A DNA stretch of 64,000 nucleotides from Basidiobolus meristosporus CBS 931.73 (lineage: Eukaryota; Fungi; Basidiobolomycota). The stretch covers positions 1 to 64,000 of the forward strand of contig MCFE01000090.1 in NCBI GenBank assembly GCA_002104905.1, read 5' to 3'. The notes below the pieces were generated by a model. That model made no database searches. It saw nothing but the letters and a program-made list of their open reading frames with translations, and was not told the origin of the DNA. Made by a program: the position numbers and the translations under genes. How positions within the stretch are numbered: the stretch's first letter is position 1; every line of letters starts with the position of its first letter. Below are positions 23,662 to 35,648 of the stretch, in pieces.

Positions 23662-24915
23662 TCAGAATATGTCTGTAGGATCCCAGCAGAATCGGGTGCG
23701 CATCTCTGTACTCGAGAGACCATCCAAAATGGCCATTTCCTTGATGAAATAGAGTTAGAGATATGTCACAGGTCACTTGGGGTAGGGGAGCAGATTTACT
23801 TGTTTGGATAACTCGGGCCCACCAACATTCAGATTCTGTTGGATTCTTTCGGGGGTCACGGACTTGGGTATGACAACAGCTCCGTGTTGTAGCCCCCACT
23901 TCAACAACACTTGACCCACACTTAGCTGATGGTTTTTGGCGATTGCTTCTACCTCGTCGATGACCAGCTCCCCATTGACCAGTCTGCCCTCGCCGAAGCT
24001 TGAGTAAGCCTGCACCTGGATACCATTACTCTGGCAAATCTTCATCAACTCCTCCTGGTAAAGCAGCGGGTGCATCTCAAACTGCGCCACCATGGGGGCG
24101 ATTTCCGCGTATTCTAGTATCTCCTGGACATGCTTCACTGTGTAGTTACTGATGCCAATGGAACGTAGTTTTCCCTCTTTGTACAGCTTCTCCAAAGCTT
24201 TCCAACTACCGATTCGGTTCTCCAAGTTTTGGGGGTCAGAGAGTCGAAGCTTCTGGGTCCTGTGTCTGGTTAGTATTCAAGAGCCAGCCAACCCATTAGC
24301 ATGAAGTATTTACCCGGGCCAGTGGATCAGATACAGATCCAAATACTCCAGGTTGAACCGCTTCAGGGAGCTTTCCACCGCTAGGATAGCTTGATTCATC
24401 AAATGATCGACCAGAGGTTGGATTGCTCGCCCAACTTACCTTGGTAACACTTCTCGTAGCCCTGATCCTTGGGCGCTGAAAACAAGAACTTAGAATCAAC
24501 GAGCCACTAGGAGAGTCCAGAGGCGATTTGTACCTAGCTTAGAGGTGATAAACAGATCCTCCCGCTTCAGCTTCAGATCTTGGTCCTCGAGCAAGTCGTG
24601 TATAACTTGGCCGATGATTTCCTCGTTTTTGTAAACTGTGGCGGAATCTACTCTCGAAATGGAACCCAGTTGGTTTTAGGACACTAAGTAGTATACTGCG
24701 GTTGCTGCTTACCAATCAGGCGATAGCCCGCCTTCACTGCGCTAGATATCGCATTTTTAACAAGTTCGGGATCTTTCACTCGATACGTGCCAACTGAAGA
24801 CAAGATAGAAGGCCATGTTATTAGACGTAAAAGGCTCGAGCGACTGAAACTTCCACTACTCACGACCAATGCTTGGCATTTGGAGGCCATTGCTTAGCGT
24901 GTAGCTCTTCACCAT
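23662..24915 (-). CDS. Aldo-keto reductase (multi-exon)
   Basis: MVKSYTLSNGLQMPSIG-GTY; GYRLIDSATVY; DLYLIHWP; GKLRSIGISNY; VIPKSVTPERI; ends RFCWDPTDIF. Confidence 0.92.
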
Positions 24916-25396
24916 TGACAGCGTTTTAAACACAAGAATGAATTTTCGTCGATAGTTACCACACTCATCGACCACACTTTTCCCCACGATCAACCTCTAC
25001 TGGTATCCAGGACTCTCTGGCCAATCGCAATATCCCTCAACCGATTTAACCATTTCAACCTATTTAATCACGAAATATCCCAGAATTACAGCGAAGGACT
25101 AGATTCCAATATATATATCACACATTTTCGCATAATTAATTCCCCCGAATTTAACCAGGTTACACGGGGGATCTAGCCCGAATCCGTAGATTTGGAAGAA
25201 CGGATCTAGGACTTTGTGGCCAGGCTGTGTAGAAGTATCACCCACTATCGGCTAGGATATTCACAACCGTAGCCTAATATGGAAATCAAGCCAACAAGTG
25301 ATCGTCCTATAAATATCGGTCGTTTCAAATCCCGCTTCGCTGTTGAATAATAATCATTTGTATTGTTCTCGGATCCTCCCTTGTTTTTGTTAGCCC

Positions 25397-26467
25397 ATGA
25401 CCACACCAAAGCATTACACGGCTTCAGAAGTCGCCACCCACTCCACCGAAAAGTCAGCATGGGTGTGTTACAAGAATAAGGTCTATGATGTAACTTCTTT
25501 CCTTAGCTCTCATCCCGGCGGAGACGATGTTATCCTCGAGTACGCCGGCAAAGACATCACCAAGGTTCTTGCCGACATCGACATTCATGAGCACTCCGAA
25601 GCCGCCTACGAGATGCTAGAAGACTTGTGCATCGGGGAGCTCCCCTCCAGTGAGAGAAGGGATCCCACCAACGGCTATCTGTCCGAGGGCCTTGTCAACC
25701 GTAGGCCCCAGCCTGGAATATTCGCTCCTGATGTGGATGTGACCGGCGACACAGATGCCACGAAGGACTTCCAGAAGCAGCACTTTTTGGACCTGAACAA
25801 GCCTTTGGTCAGTCAGATCTGGAACAACAATTTCACGAGAGAGTTCTACCTCAAGCAAGTACATACACCTCGCCACCTTCCCCAACCCGCCATCTTCTTC
25901 ACCAACCCGATATTGGAGATGTTCACCCGCACACCATGGTACGTGATACCCATCATCTGGTTCCCGATCTCCATGTACTTCTTATCCAGCGCCGCGAAGA
26001 TCGCTTCGCTTCAGTGGGCGATGTCGTGCTTTGTCTTCGGGGTTACGCTCTGGACCCTGCTGGAATACATCATCCATCGCTTCTTGTTCCATTTGGACGA
26101 AAACATCCCCGACCATCCCAAAGTGTTCATCGTCCACTTTTTGCTTCACGGCGTTCACCACTACCTTCCCATGGACAGGCTGAGATTGGTCATGCCACCC
26201 GCGCTCTCCTTCACCCTCGCAACCCCCCTCGTTCGCTTGGCCTATGCACTGTTCAACTCTGGTACCGCCGAGGGAGTCATCAGCGGAGCACTCTTCGGCT
26301 ACATGTGCTACGATTTGATCCACTACCACCTGCATCATGCCCGACCCTTCACGGACTACTTGCGCCTGATGAAGACGTTCCATCTGGATCACCACTACAA
26401 AAACTACCAGGTGAACTACGGCATCACCAACATGATCTGGGATCTGTTCTTCAGCACGTCCATTTAG
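25397..26467 (+). CDS. SCS7: Sphingolipid fatty-acid 2-hydroxylase with N-terminal cytochrome b5 domain
   Basis: HPGG heme motif; His boxes HRFLFH, HGVHH, HYHLHH, HLDHH; intronless, 356 aa. Confidence 0.95.
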   Translation: MTTPKHYTASEVATHSTEKSAWVCYKNKVYDVTSFLSSHPGGDDVILEYAGKDITKVLADIDIHEHSEAAYEMLEDLCIGELPSSERRDPTNGYLSEGLVNRRPQPGIFAPDVDVTGDTDATKDFQKQHFLDLNKPLVSQIWNNNFTREFYLKQVHTPRHLPQPAIFFTNPILEMFTRTPWYVIPIIWFPISMYFLSSAAKIASLQWAMSCFVFGVTLWTLLEYIIHRFLFHLDENIPDHPKVFIVHFLLHGVHHYLPMDRLRLVMPPALSFTLATPLVRLAYALFNSGTAEGVISGALFGYMCYDLIHYHLHHARPFTDYLRLMKTFHLDHHYKNYQVNYGITNMIWDLFFSTSI

Positions 26468-26553
26468 AAATGAGCATAGATTGATAAATTCTGTTGGCAT
26501 TGTATCCAGCTCGTATGTACATCCTATCCAATCTGAAATAAACCAGCCAGCGC

Positions 26554-29500
26554 ATGAAGAAACCACGTGTACCGCTGCAGCATGTTGATGCGCTCACTAG
26601 CAAACGAATGTACCGCCTAGGTGATGTTAATGTGAACGAGTTTATTTTTTCATGGGAAAAAGACTCGGACGTTGAGGTGAGCCCGGGGACACTCAAGGTA
26701 TTCGGGGGAGACTTCCACGTCGTCAAGATGAGCACATCGATCAGGCTTAAAGACCCAACTTGGTACGGCGCCAGTGTCTACGCTTGGCGTTGTATCTGAT
26801 CTTGTTGTCAGTTCTCAAACGGATCCAGTGAGGGATAGGTCTGTTTTGCTTTTGCTTCTTGCCAAGAATACGCTTGACCTTGAAAGACTTTTGGGAAGGC
26901 TACAAAGGCAAGTGGTGTGAATACTCTGCTACGACATCTCCACCACGCCCGGTTGGTGACATGATGGATGTATGGGGGATGGGGAAGATGCGTCTTACCA
27001 TGGTTAAGAATAACGTGCAGCCAAAGAGGAAGAATCCCAACTGCTCGAGTCCACCCAGAGATAAACCAGACCGAGGCAACCGAACGAAAAAAATTCCCCC
27101 CTCCCCATTGGTGGAAACCCCCTCGGTTCCGATCCAAGATGCGCTCCGGAGATTGGTGGTGTTCGAAAAAAAAACTCCTTCCTCGCAACTTCCGGTATGA
27201 GCTGATCCGGATTACTTCGTCGTGGAATATATCTCCGCAGACAAACACAAACACCAGGCATCAACAACCGAATGCCCACCCGCTGAGTTAATAAATCCCC
27301 CCGATCCGTGGACCTCGTCCATTTCCTGATATCAGAAGCTCCTACGTTTCCAAGCGGATCCATCGAATCCCGATCATTTCCTGCTTGCAAGTTTCCTGCA
27401 CCTGGGCAGCGTCGGATTTTCTGGTCAATAGGTGCACCCTCCTTCAGCGTAGAGCCCACTCGTTTGTTTCCCAGCTTAGGGCGTTCCCCGCAGGTAGCGA
27501 ACTTATGGAAAGAACATGGCTTCGAACCTCGTGAAGCCTACTCCCAATTGCAAAGACAGAAATGCCCTGAAATACTATGCCGACGCCATCAAACAGTATT
27601 CGGCCATAAAGAAGGTACGTGTGGGACCTGGAGGGCCGGTCCATGGCTTACGGTCAAGGGAAACTTGCTAAGTACATTTCTAGGAAAGGCCGCTTACTCC
27701 GGAGGAGACGGTGACGTACAAACGGATTTTGGAGAAGATTCGGTTCAAAATGGCCAACACCTTGGAAAAGGTTCAGGCGAAGTACTCCACCCGAAAAAGA
27801 GGGGAAACCCCGGACTTGTTTTCCTCCAACGACACGAGAGAGTCCCCCTCCCGGTGTGGGTCCTTTGTAGGCTCCCTGCCTTCTGTGTATAGCAGCACCG
27901 GTGAGAACTCCATGACCGAAAACGAGCTGGAATCCGGTAGTATTTCCAGGTCAACCACTGATATAAAACTTGAGGATACCGTGGGGGAATGTCCAGGTCC
28001 GCTGGAAAAACAACCAAGCGTCATGACGACCGAGACGGACTCCTGTAAGTTCACCCATGTGTCGCTTAGTGCCATCTTGAGCTTTGGCTAACCGCTGCTG
28101 TTACACCTGTCTAGCCTACACAAGCCGCCACTCCTCATTTTCTGGCCCGTCAAAGCGGAAGTCGAAAGAAGTCGAATTGCTCACAACCCCGTCGTCAGTG
28201 GAACTTCGAGCACAACAAAACAAAAGAACGACCGATCTGAAGCGCGCCCTCATAGTGAGTGCTTTGGAGTCGCTTGGCAATACGGAGTGGGAGCGATTCA
28301 AAAGGCCATTCACCTTACCAACGCATATCATAGATGACGCAAATCGGTACAAAGAACTGCAGATGCGAAAGAGCGCCTCCAGTAGCTCCAAGAAACGCAG
28401 AAACTCGGCCAAGAGGAAGGCGGGGGAGAAGGCGGCCCGCGAGTCTTTGCAAGCCACTCCTGTCCAGTATTACTCTGAAGCGAAAACTCACCAAGTAGCT
28501 GTCGTTAGTAAGTGCCTTCATTCTGGTCGACCCCCTCAACCACTGCTGATCTCTTTTGCTTCTCTGAAGTTACACCAAGAAAAAGAACATCCGAAGAGTA
28601 TCAAGCGCCGGTGGCCGGGTCCGCCGGCGAGGGCACCGTCACTCCAAACCACCCAAATGTGGCTCAAGGCTCGACTTCGCTAGTAGAATCTGTAGCGATG
28701 AGCCCGTTGAAGCAAGGCTCTGCCAGTTTCCAATGCATATCACAGCGAATGAAAGTCAGCCAGATTGTCATCTCGAGTCAAAAATTCCTGATAGCTGTTG
28801 ACACGGCGGAAAAGCTATGTGTTTGGAAGTTTGCCAGCAACCGCTCCACCTACTCGTGGGACGAGATCTTCACCTACACGTATCCAAACTATCGAACTGT
28901 AGGTGCAACCCTCACCACCCCAAACGAATCTTGCTGACCCGATTGCCTTTAGCTCTTTCGCACCATCATCTTTACCCGGAGCGACGAGTTTCTGATCGTG
29001 ACGGAAATCATCAACATCGTCCGGCCGAACGAGAGCGATGCCTACTATATGAGAATAACCACCATCAACCTTTCTCTCGAAACACACACCTCCGTCAACC
29101 TTCCCATCAGCTTGAACATATCGCGCTTGAAGGAATTGCCGGTGGCCGTCCCAAATCACCAAAGCAAGCTGATCGTCTCCTCAGGAGAGCTGGGGGAGTT
29201 GGTGATTTACCACTTCGAGGAGGATTGGAGGTTTGTGTCTAATGGAAAGCAAATGTCATGCTGAGCTTGATTTGACTGGTTCGCATACGTAGCATCCTGA
29301 TCTCCGACATCCCCCTTCCGAAGTCCAACACGGCCACTTCTGCCATCGTCTCGGTGAAGTTGGTGGAGAATGAGCCCTCGTTAATAGTCGGCACTTCGAG
29401 CAACTCGGTGACCCTATGGTAGCACCCAATCTGCCCCTCCACCATAGACCCCCTGTGATTAACACGCTCTGCATCCCCACAGGAACATCGACAAATGCTC

Positions 29501-30098
29501 CCTTCTGCATTCGATTCCATTCCCAGACGACATAGCCTTTCAGAGCATCCCAAAGTGTATTTCGGCCGTCTCTCCCATAAAGTACGTACGAATGAAGGCG
29601 ATGGCTCGGACCATAAATGAGCCATTGGTCATCATCATGGTGGCCGACGTCTGCCACGGCCAGGGACCGAAGGCCACCACTCAGGTCGAATCGTGCCAAC
29701 AATACATTCTGTATCAAGGCCAGTTGAACCACCTTGGTTCCCTGGAAAGCTGCAGGTAAGATGGTTTGAAGCGATCGTGAGGCCGTGCACCGGACACTGA
29801 TGTTTCTCTTTAGCTCCATCACCTCTCTCTCTACCTCCCAGAAATGCGTGGTTGGCTGCGTCAACGATACCGACGTGGTGCTGTGGAACAAGAATTCCGG
29901 TCGCATCATATCAACGTTGAAGCTGGTTGAACGAAGTCGAGGTAACCAAGTTCACTTACTTGTCCAGCATCTAGTTCCGTCGACTCACCACCTACATCGT
30001 TAGACAACCGACGAGTCTACAGTATCTCCATTCATCATCAAGACATGTACATAATATGTGGAGACACGGAAGGATGTCTTCACATTTACTGGCTCTAG
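26554..30098 (+). CDS. Large multi-exon protein: disordered N-terminal/middle region plus C-terminal WD40-like propeller (PALB2-like architecture)
   Basis: Same-strand ORFs at 26554, 26859, 27711, 28084, 28512 and 28998. Hand-spliced exons give [29 protein letters not shown] and terminal [16 protein letters not shown] (TAG 30096-30098). 5' exon structure unresolved; could be two genes. Confidence 0.55.
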
Positions 30099-30210
30099 CC
30101 CCTTCCCCCTTGTAACTTAGTTCTCGCCCAATGTACTTTTAGCCACCGACCGGGTTTCCTAGCATTAAATCCTGCCTAAATAAAATGGGTTGTCGGCTTT
30201 CCAGCATCAG

Positions 30211-30240
30211 CCGTACCCGTACCCGTACCCGTACCGTACC
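30211..30240. repeat. (CCGTAC)4 microsatellite upstream of TRM112
   Basis: Read directly. Confidence 0.9.
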
Positions 30241-30347
30241 GATCCGAAATTTTTTTTACCTGGTGGAATTGGGTGGGTTTCGAGGGTTTTATAAGCCCTC
30301 GCCTCGGTACTCGCCCGAGGGCTATTCCGGTCGATTGCGAAACAAAC

Positions 30348-30853
30348 ATGCGTCTTATCACCCACAACATGCTGCAGTGCCACGCCAAGGGCTGCACCAA
30401 CGACAACTTTCCATTACGTTTCGAGGAGGTCGAGGTGGAAGTTGAGGAGGTGGACATCAACGAGGAATTCCTGATGAACTTTCTTCCCAAGCTGGATTGG
30501 GAGGCTTTGGTGAAGACCGCAGTTCAAGTAAGCCATTTCCGCGCGTAACTTGCGCTTAGTATGTATACCCAACTGAAACCCCATTCCGTTGTAGCTTGGC
30601 ATTAACGATCTCCCCGACACTCTTCCCGAGAACGCTGCTGAGGATGAAACTTTCCTTCAGCGTTTACATACTGTGCTCATGGAGGTAACCTTCACAAGAA
30701 CCCTGAATTTTCCTCCTATCTCGAAATCTCACGTTGTGCCCTGTTGAACAGACCCGTATACAAGAAGGTCGCATGGTGTGCAACGGTTGCGGTCACATTT
30801 ATCGTATCAAGAACGGTATTCCCAATATGCTCCTTGCCGAACACGAAATCTAA
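30348..30853 (+). CDS. TRM112: Methyltransferase activator Trm112 (2 introns)
   Basis: MRLITHNMLQCHAKGCTNDNFPL...LDWEALVKTA...CNGCGHIYRIKNGIPNMLLAEHEI. Confidence 0.95.
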
Positions 30854-31174
30854 GCTCTACTGGGTCGTGTATAACTAACCATGTGCCAAATTCAGTTTAT
30901 TATTTCTTGTCTGGCGGAATTGAAGAGTTCACTGCTTGCTCATTTATTTAGACATCGATACGAGGGTGCTTTGTCTCGGTCAGTCCTTGATTTTTCTCAC
31001 TAAAACGATTGCTAGACGTATGTTCGAGAGAACCAAAGTTGGATCTGTCGCCCCGCTACATCGTTCTATTAGTATATAAACTAGTATCTACATTGGACAT
31101 TGAATGGAATAGACAATCGTGTCAAATTCTGTTGAAACGCTCCTCACTATGTTGGTGCGCTCCCTACCCATGTA

Positions 31175-31701
31175 TCATATCGTCTCCGATTCCAATTCCA
31201 ATACGATTTCGTCAAATCCATTCATTTCTGTATGTGAATTCGTGGTCTCAGTGTTGGACCCCTCGCTCAGTGCGGTAAGAGGATCGTATGTCGATTGGGA
31301 CTCATTTTCGATTGGGAATTTTTGGAATACCGTTGAGTCATTCATGCTTTGAATTTGGCGAGTAAAGATGTCTAGTTTCTGTATCCAAGGCAATCAGGTT
31401 AATAGGCACTTGGGCAATCTTTGAGTCTTGTCCTTACGTCCAGTGCATCGTATTGGCGAATGTCGCTTTGGTATGGGCTGTTGCCAATTGCATTGAAGGG
31501 ATCGGACATTGGACTGGAGCACCGATCGTCCGAAACGAAAAATGACCTCATATCAGTATCTGGGATTCTGGACGGATTCGACGAGAGTGGCTGGCGATAA
31601 AGCCTTGATCGAGCTGGGTCATATGGCTGAAATCTGCTGAATGACCGTTTGGGTGGATTTGGACTTATCTCACTTGGATCGAATAGTTCATTTGGTGACA
31701 T
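31175..31701 (-). CDS. Hypothetical S/P-rich protein (2 exons)
   Basis: ORF 31399-31701 joins ORF 31175-31393 via a GTAAGG...TACAG intron in frame (DALD|KLDIF). No family motif recognised. Confidence 0.5.
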
Positions 31702-32575
31702 ATTGCGACAATACGAGGAACCTGTTAGCTCTTCAATCTCATGCTAATACTTTTAGCATCTCCATTGAGATTTAATTTCTCTCCATTTACATGTTGAAAC
31801 CAAACATGTCGTATTACCTGCATCTGAGCATATTTTTGGTTTAGCGGGGTGGATTTCCGATTGGAACGAAAGGCTGGCTTATCCTTAGCAAAGGTGGATC
31901 TTGGTGTTTTGGGGTGTACTGATAGACAGGTTAGGGAGATTGGCTAAACCTTGAGTTGGCTTCAGGCGAGTCCTTACCCAAAGAAAAATCGGATGGACCT
32001 TTGTTTACGACGGTGTCAGACACCCTAATGTGGACAGAGAGGAGAAAGATAAGTATTTCCTATCGCACATACTTAGTCGATGAACAGACTTTGCGAAGGG
32101 AATCTGCATAAGCTCGCTCTTTATGCAAGAATTCTCAGAGTCACTGGAGTTGTCGGTATCAGTACTCATCATGGTCGAGTGAGAGGGATGAATCCAGCCG
32201 GGGCGCACCATCTGGTCTATATAGCATTCGATCATAGCATACATTGAGTCTTCCATGACGCATGCAACACCCAAATCAATCTAAATGCTACTGAGCACCA
32301 AGACCCTAAAGGACCATATCTCCACCAATGAACTTCGCGACCAAAGCAAGGAACCAACAACAATGAACCATCAGAGATGTAATTTTTCATTCATTCACTT
32401 GTGAAATGACCGACATTATTCCTACCAGGAAACATCCTTAAATAGGTGCAAAAATTTTGGGAAAGAAGTGGCGAGAATATTTGCGCAGCAAAAATTGAAA
32501 ATGAAAGAGGTCGAAGTCATTGACACGGTCGAGGATTACGATGTATAAGTTGTAAGGATTAATCAGATGCGGTGT

Positions 32576-33319
32576 TTAGTCTTCGCCCACGGGTGTAGCG
32601 AAGGTGAGCGGAACCACGAATTCCCCGATGTATTCAATCTGCATATGTTCTACAGCTTCCTGGATGTCGTTCAAGGCCTTCGTAGTCTGATATTAATTGA
32701 GACCAGAGTTAGCAACAATGCTGAAACAGCCTAGTCTTACACCGTTACCATGGCCAGATCCTCTTTAGTCACTCGGCTTTTACTCAATACGTCTTTGGGT
32801 GATTTTGGGAGATCGTTGGCAGGGAGATCGAAGATATTCATAACGTTGGGTGGAAGTGTTTTACAGCCCTCCATTAATGTTCTAGAAGTGCGCTATTAGA
32901 TACCATCTATTCCTTAAACCACATCCAAAACTCACTTGTAAGTGTTGGATCTCTCCATAGTATCTTGATGCTTCATTCGCTCCACTTGGGTGCGAGAAAT
33001 GTCAATCAGATTTCTATTTTAGAGGGGAATATAAGCTCCAGTTCCATAAATGTGCAAAGAAGCAGCAACTAACTCTGCAGTTTTTTGGACGATTTTTTTG
33101 AGCGAATCTTCTAGTCTTGCTTGATTCATAGCCTCATACTCTTTATAGCTCATTCTTTTATCGATGCCATCGGGCGAGGCAGTCTGGGCACCATTGAGCA
33201 GATGAGTTCTCTCGTTCGCCTAAACAGATGGGAAGAATTATAACCCAGCAATTTTCAAGTGGAACTGACGGGGGACATACGATTTGGGGATCTTCTTGTT
33301 TACTTGAGCAGCAACCCAT
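32576..33319 (-). CDS. LAMTOR1: Ragulator/EGO complex anchor LAMTOR1/Ego1-like (about 5 exons; absent from the ORF track)
   Basis: Hand-spliced: MGCCSSKQEDPQI (myristoylation/palmitoylation motif); LKKIVQKTAENLIDIS...QDTMERSNTY; ends ALNDIQEAVEHMQIEYIGEFVVPLTFATPVGED (TAA 32576-32578). Confidence 0.85.
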
Positions 33320-34531
33320 TTTATGTCAGAATTACTATTTAAACTAAAGGGCAACGATAATAGAAAGTAGCTCTAATAAGGGTTTTGGGGAGAACGACGT
33401 AAACGTTTCAAGTCAATGAAATTAAATGGTGGATATGTTTTCTGTATAAGCACGGAAATTATCTACATACAATATTATGCACTAGTTAAGCAATCCCTCC
33501 AGCCCACATAAACCCTGAAGAAATGGAATCGAGAAATCATCGACCTGGGTGAAACGCACCCTTTCGATAAATTCAATTATGGGAGATATTAACTCCAGTG
33601 GTATCAACCCGATGCCTCAATGGGCCATATCCGAGGCGAGAATGTGTGTTGCGTGAACGTCCACCAAGACTCAACATCCTCGAACTGGTAAAGTTAGCCT
33701 AGCACGTGCCTTGACATGCTCCTTCCCAAAATTGGCTCATTGGGAATGTATCAGAGGGTGTATGTATAGCTCCGAATATTTTTGGTAGAGCAGACACTGC
33801 TTCTACGATTAACCTATTGTGATTTATCGAAACACCCAATCTTCAGAAAAGGCATCATTACTTTTGCGCTTACAAATCAAAGATACACTATGATGTGCGG
33901 AATTCAAGAAATGGGCATATTCAAGGATATTGCAAGATTCAGTAAACAAGCGAATCTGCACCCATGGGTGATGTCGGTGATCACTAGCCTTAAAGAGGAG
34001 TCAGGTCAGTTGCACAACACTCAATCAACACCATGGTCAAGCTCAGCCAGCAGAGATCTAGACTAGGATTGCTGCGACTTGCCTGTGCGGGGAGGTGCGG
34101 AAGGCGGATTGCAATCGCTTCAATCAGGAAATTTCTAGAAGTGTTGAATGGTCAAATAGACATCACATTGATCACAATATGGCAAGTAGAAAGCTGATCA
34201 TCGTAGACACTCTGAGCCAATCATCTCGTGCTACCTGGTAACTTGAGCAGGGCATGCGTAATAAAGCCGTTTGCCAAAAGCAAAGGTGCGCAGAGAGATT
34301 GGATAAGCCCGATCATATTCGCTCACGATATTCCTATTCGGAGGACCAAATCAAGAACACTTTGGTGCAACACAAATATTTTCACTTCTATAAATGGTTG
34401 CAGTGTTTTGATGCTTAATAATTGATAGATTGATCAGTAGGCTGCCCCAATGCAACTTCCGTATAAAAAGCATTTCCCGCCCCAGGGAAGAGGCATCAGT
34501 AAAACTTTGATTTCCTGACACAATTAGTAGT

Positions 34532-35116
34532 ATGACCGTCCAAATCCAAAAGCCTGCTCCTTTCTTCAAGGCCACCGCCCTTGTTGATGGTGAATTCAAG
34601 CCTGTTTCCCTCGATGACTTCAAGGGCAAGTACCTTGTCCTCTTCTTCTATCCTTTGGATTTCACTTTCGTCTGCCCTACCGAGATCATTGCCTTCAATG
34701 ACCGTGTCAAGGAGTTCGAGGCTCTTGACTGTGCCGTCGTCGCCTGCTCCGTTGACTCCGAATTCTCCCACTTCGCTTGGGTCAACACTCCCCGCAAGGA
34801 GGGTGGTCTCGGCAACATGGAGATCCCTATCCTTTCCGATATCACCAAGAAGATCTCCCGTGACTACGGAGTCCTCCTCGAGGATGCTGGTGTAGCCCTT
34901 CGTGGTCTTTTCATCATCGACCCCAAGCAAAACGTCCGTATCATGCAAGTTAACGATCTCCCCGTTGGCCGCTCTGTTGACGAGACCCTCCGTTTGGTTG
35001 AGGCTCTTCAATTCACTGATATCCACGGTGAAGTCTGCCCTGCCAACTGGCAAAAGGGTGCCGACACCATCAAGCCTGATGTTGCCGGATCCAAGACCTT
35101 CTTCGCCAAGCAATAA
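34532..35116 (+). CDS. TSA1: Typical 2-Cys peroxiredoxin
   Basis: [14 protein letters not shown] and GEVCPANW motifs; intronless. Confidence 0.97.
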   Translation: MTVQIQKPAPFFKATALVDGEFKPVSLDDFKGKYLVLFFYPLDFTFVCPTEIIAFNDRVKEFEALDCAVVACSVDSEFSHFAWVNTPRKEGGLGNMEIPILSDITKKISRDYGVLLEDAGVALRGLFIIDPKQNVRIMQVNDLPVGRSVDETLRLVEALQFTDIHGEVCPANWQKGADTIKPDVAGSKTFFAKQ

Positions 35117-35648
35117 TTGCTTTAAACTGTAACTCTTAATTCCCTCATTTACCACATCAAGTAGCATTGAACTTTTGAAGTCCTAGACCTATTGTAGACG
35201 TCGGCATAAGTTAATCTAGAACCAGTGTCTAATAAATTTTACGCTCGACATCCAAAAATATTTCGGGAGGCGGAGGTGTGACAATCGTTTTAATAGAAGT
35301 TCCTGTGAGCTCGGCCATGGCAACGAAGGGTTGTATTGCTATGGATTCGATCAAGCCTTTCATGTGTAGCTACGCATTGTTTGGATTCGAATTGTAAACA
35401 TACCAGACCGCAAAAAACATAGGAAATTTTGACCAGGTCATCATCACATGCACCTCCATGCAACAACAACCTCTTACCAAAGGGTTTGGAATCGGAGGCG
35501 GGGTACAGTGCGGAGTTATGATAAAGAATAAAACCCCACGTTGTTCCTGCTTTATCAAACTAGAAGTTCATTATCCACCTTTAGATCTAGTGTGAAGGCG
35601 GGATACCCATTATTCGTACAGTTATCAGCCACATTCCATTACATATTT

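Noticed and set aside
32005-32274. 89-aa ORF as a gene
   Set aside because: No motif or supporting splice signals identified.
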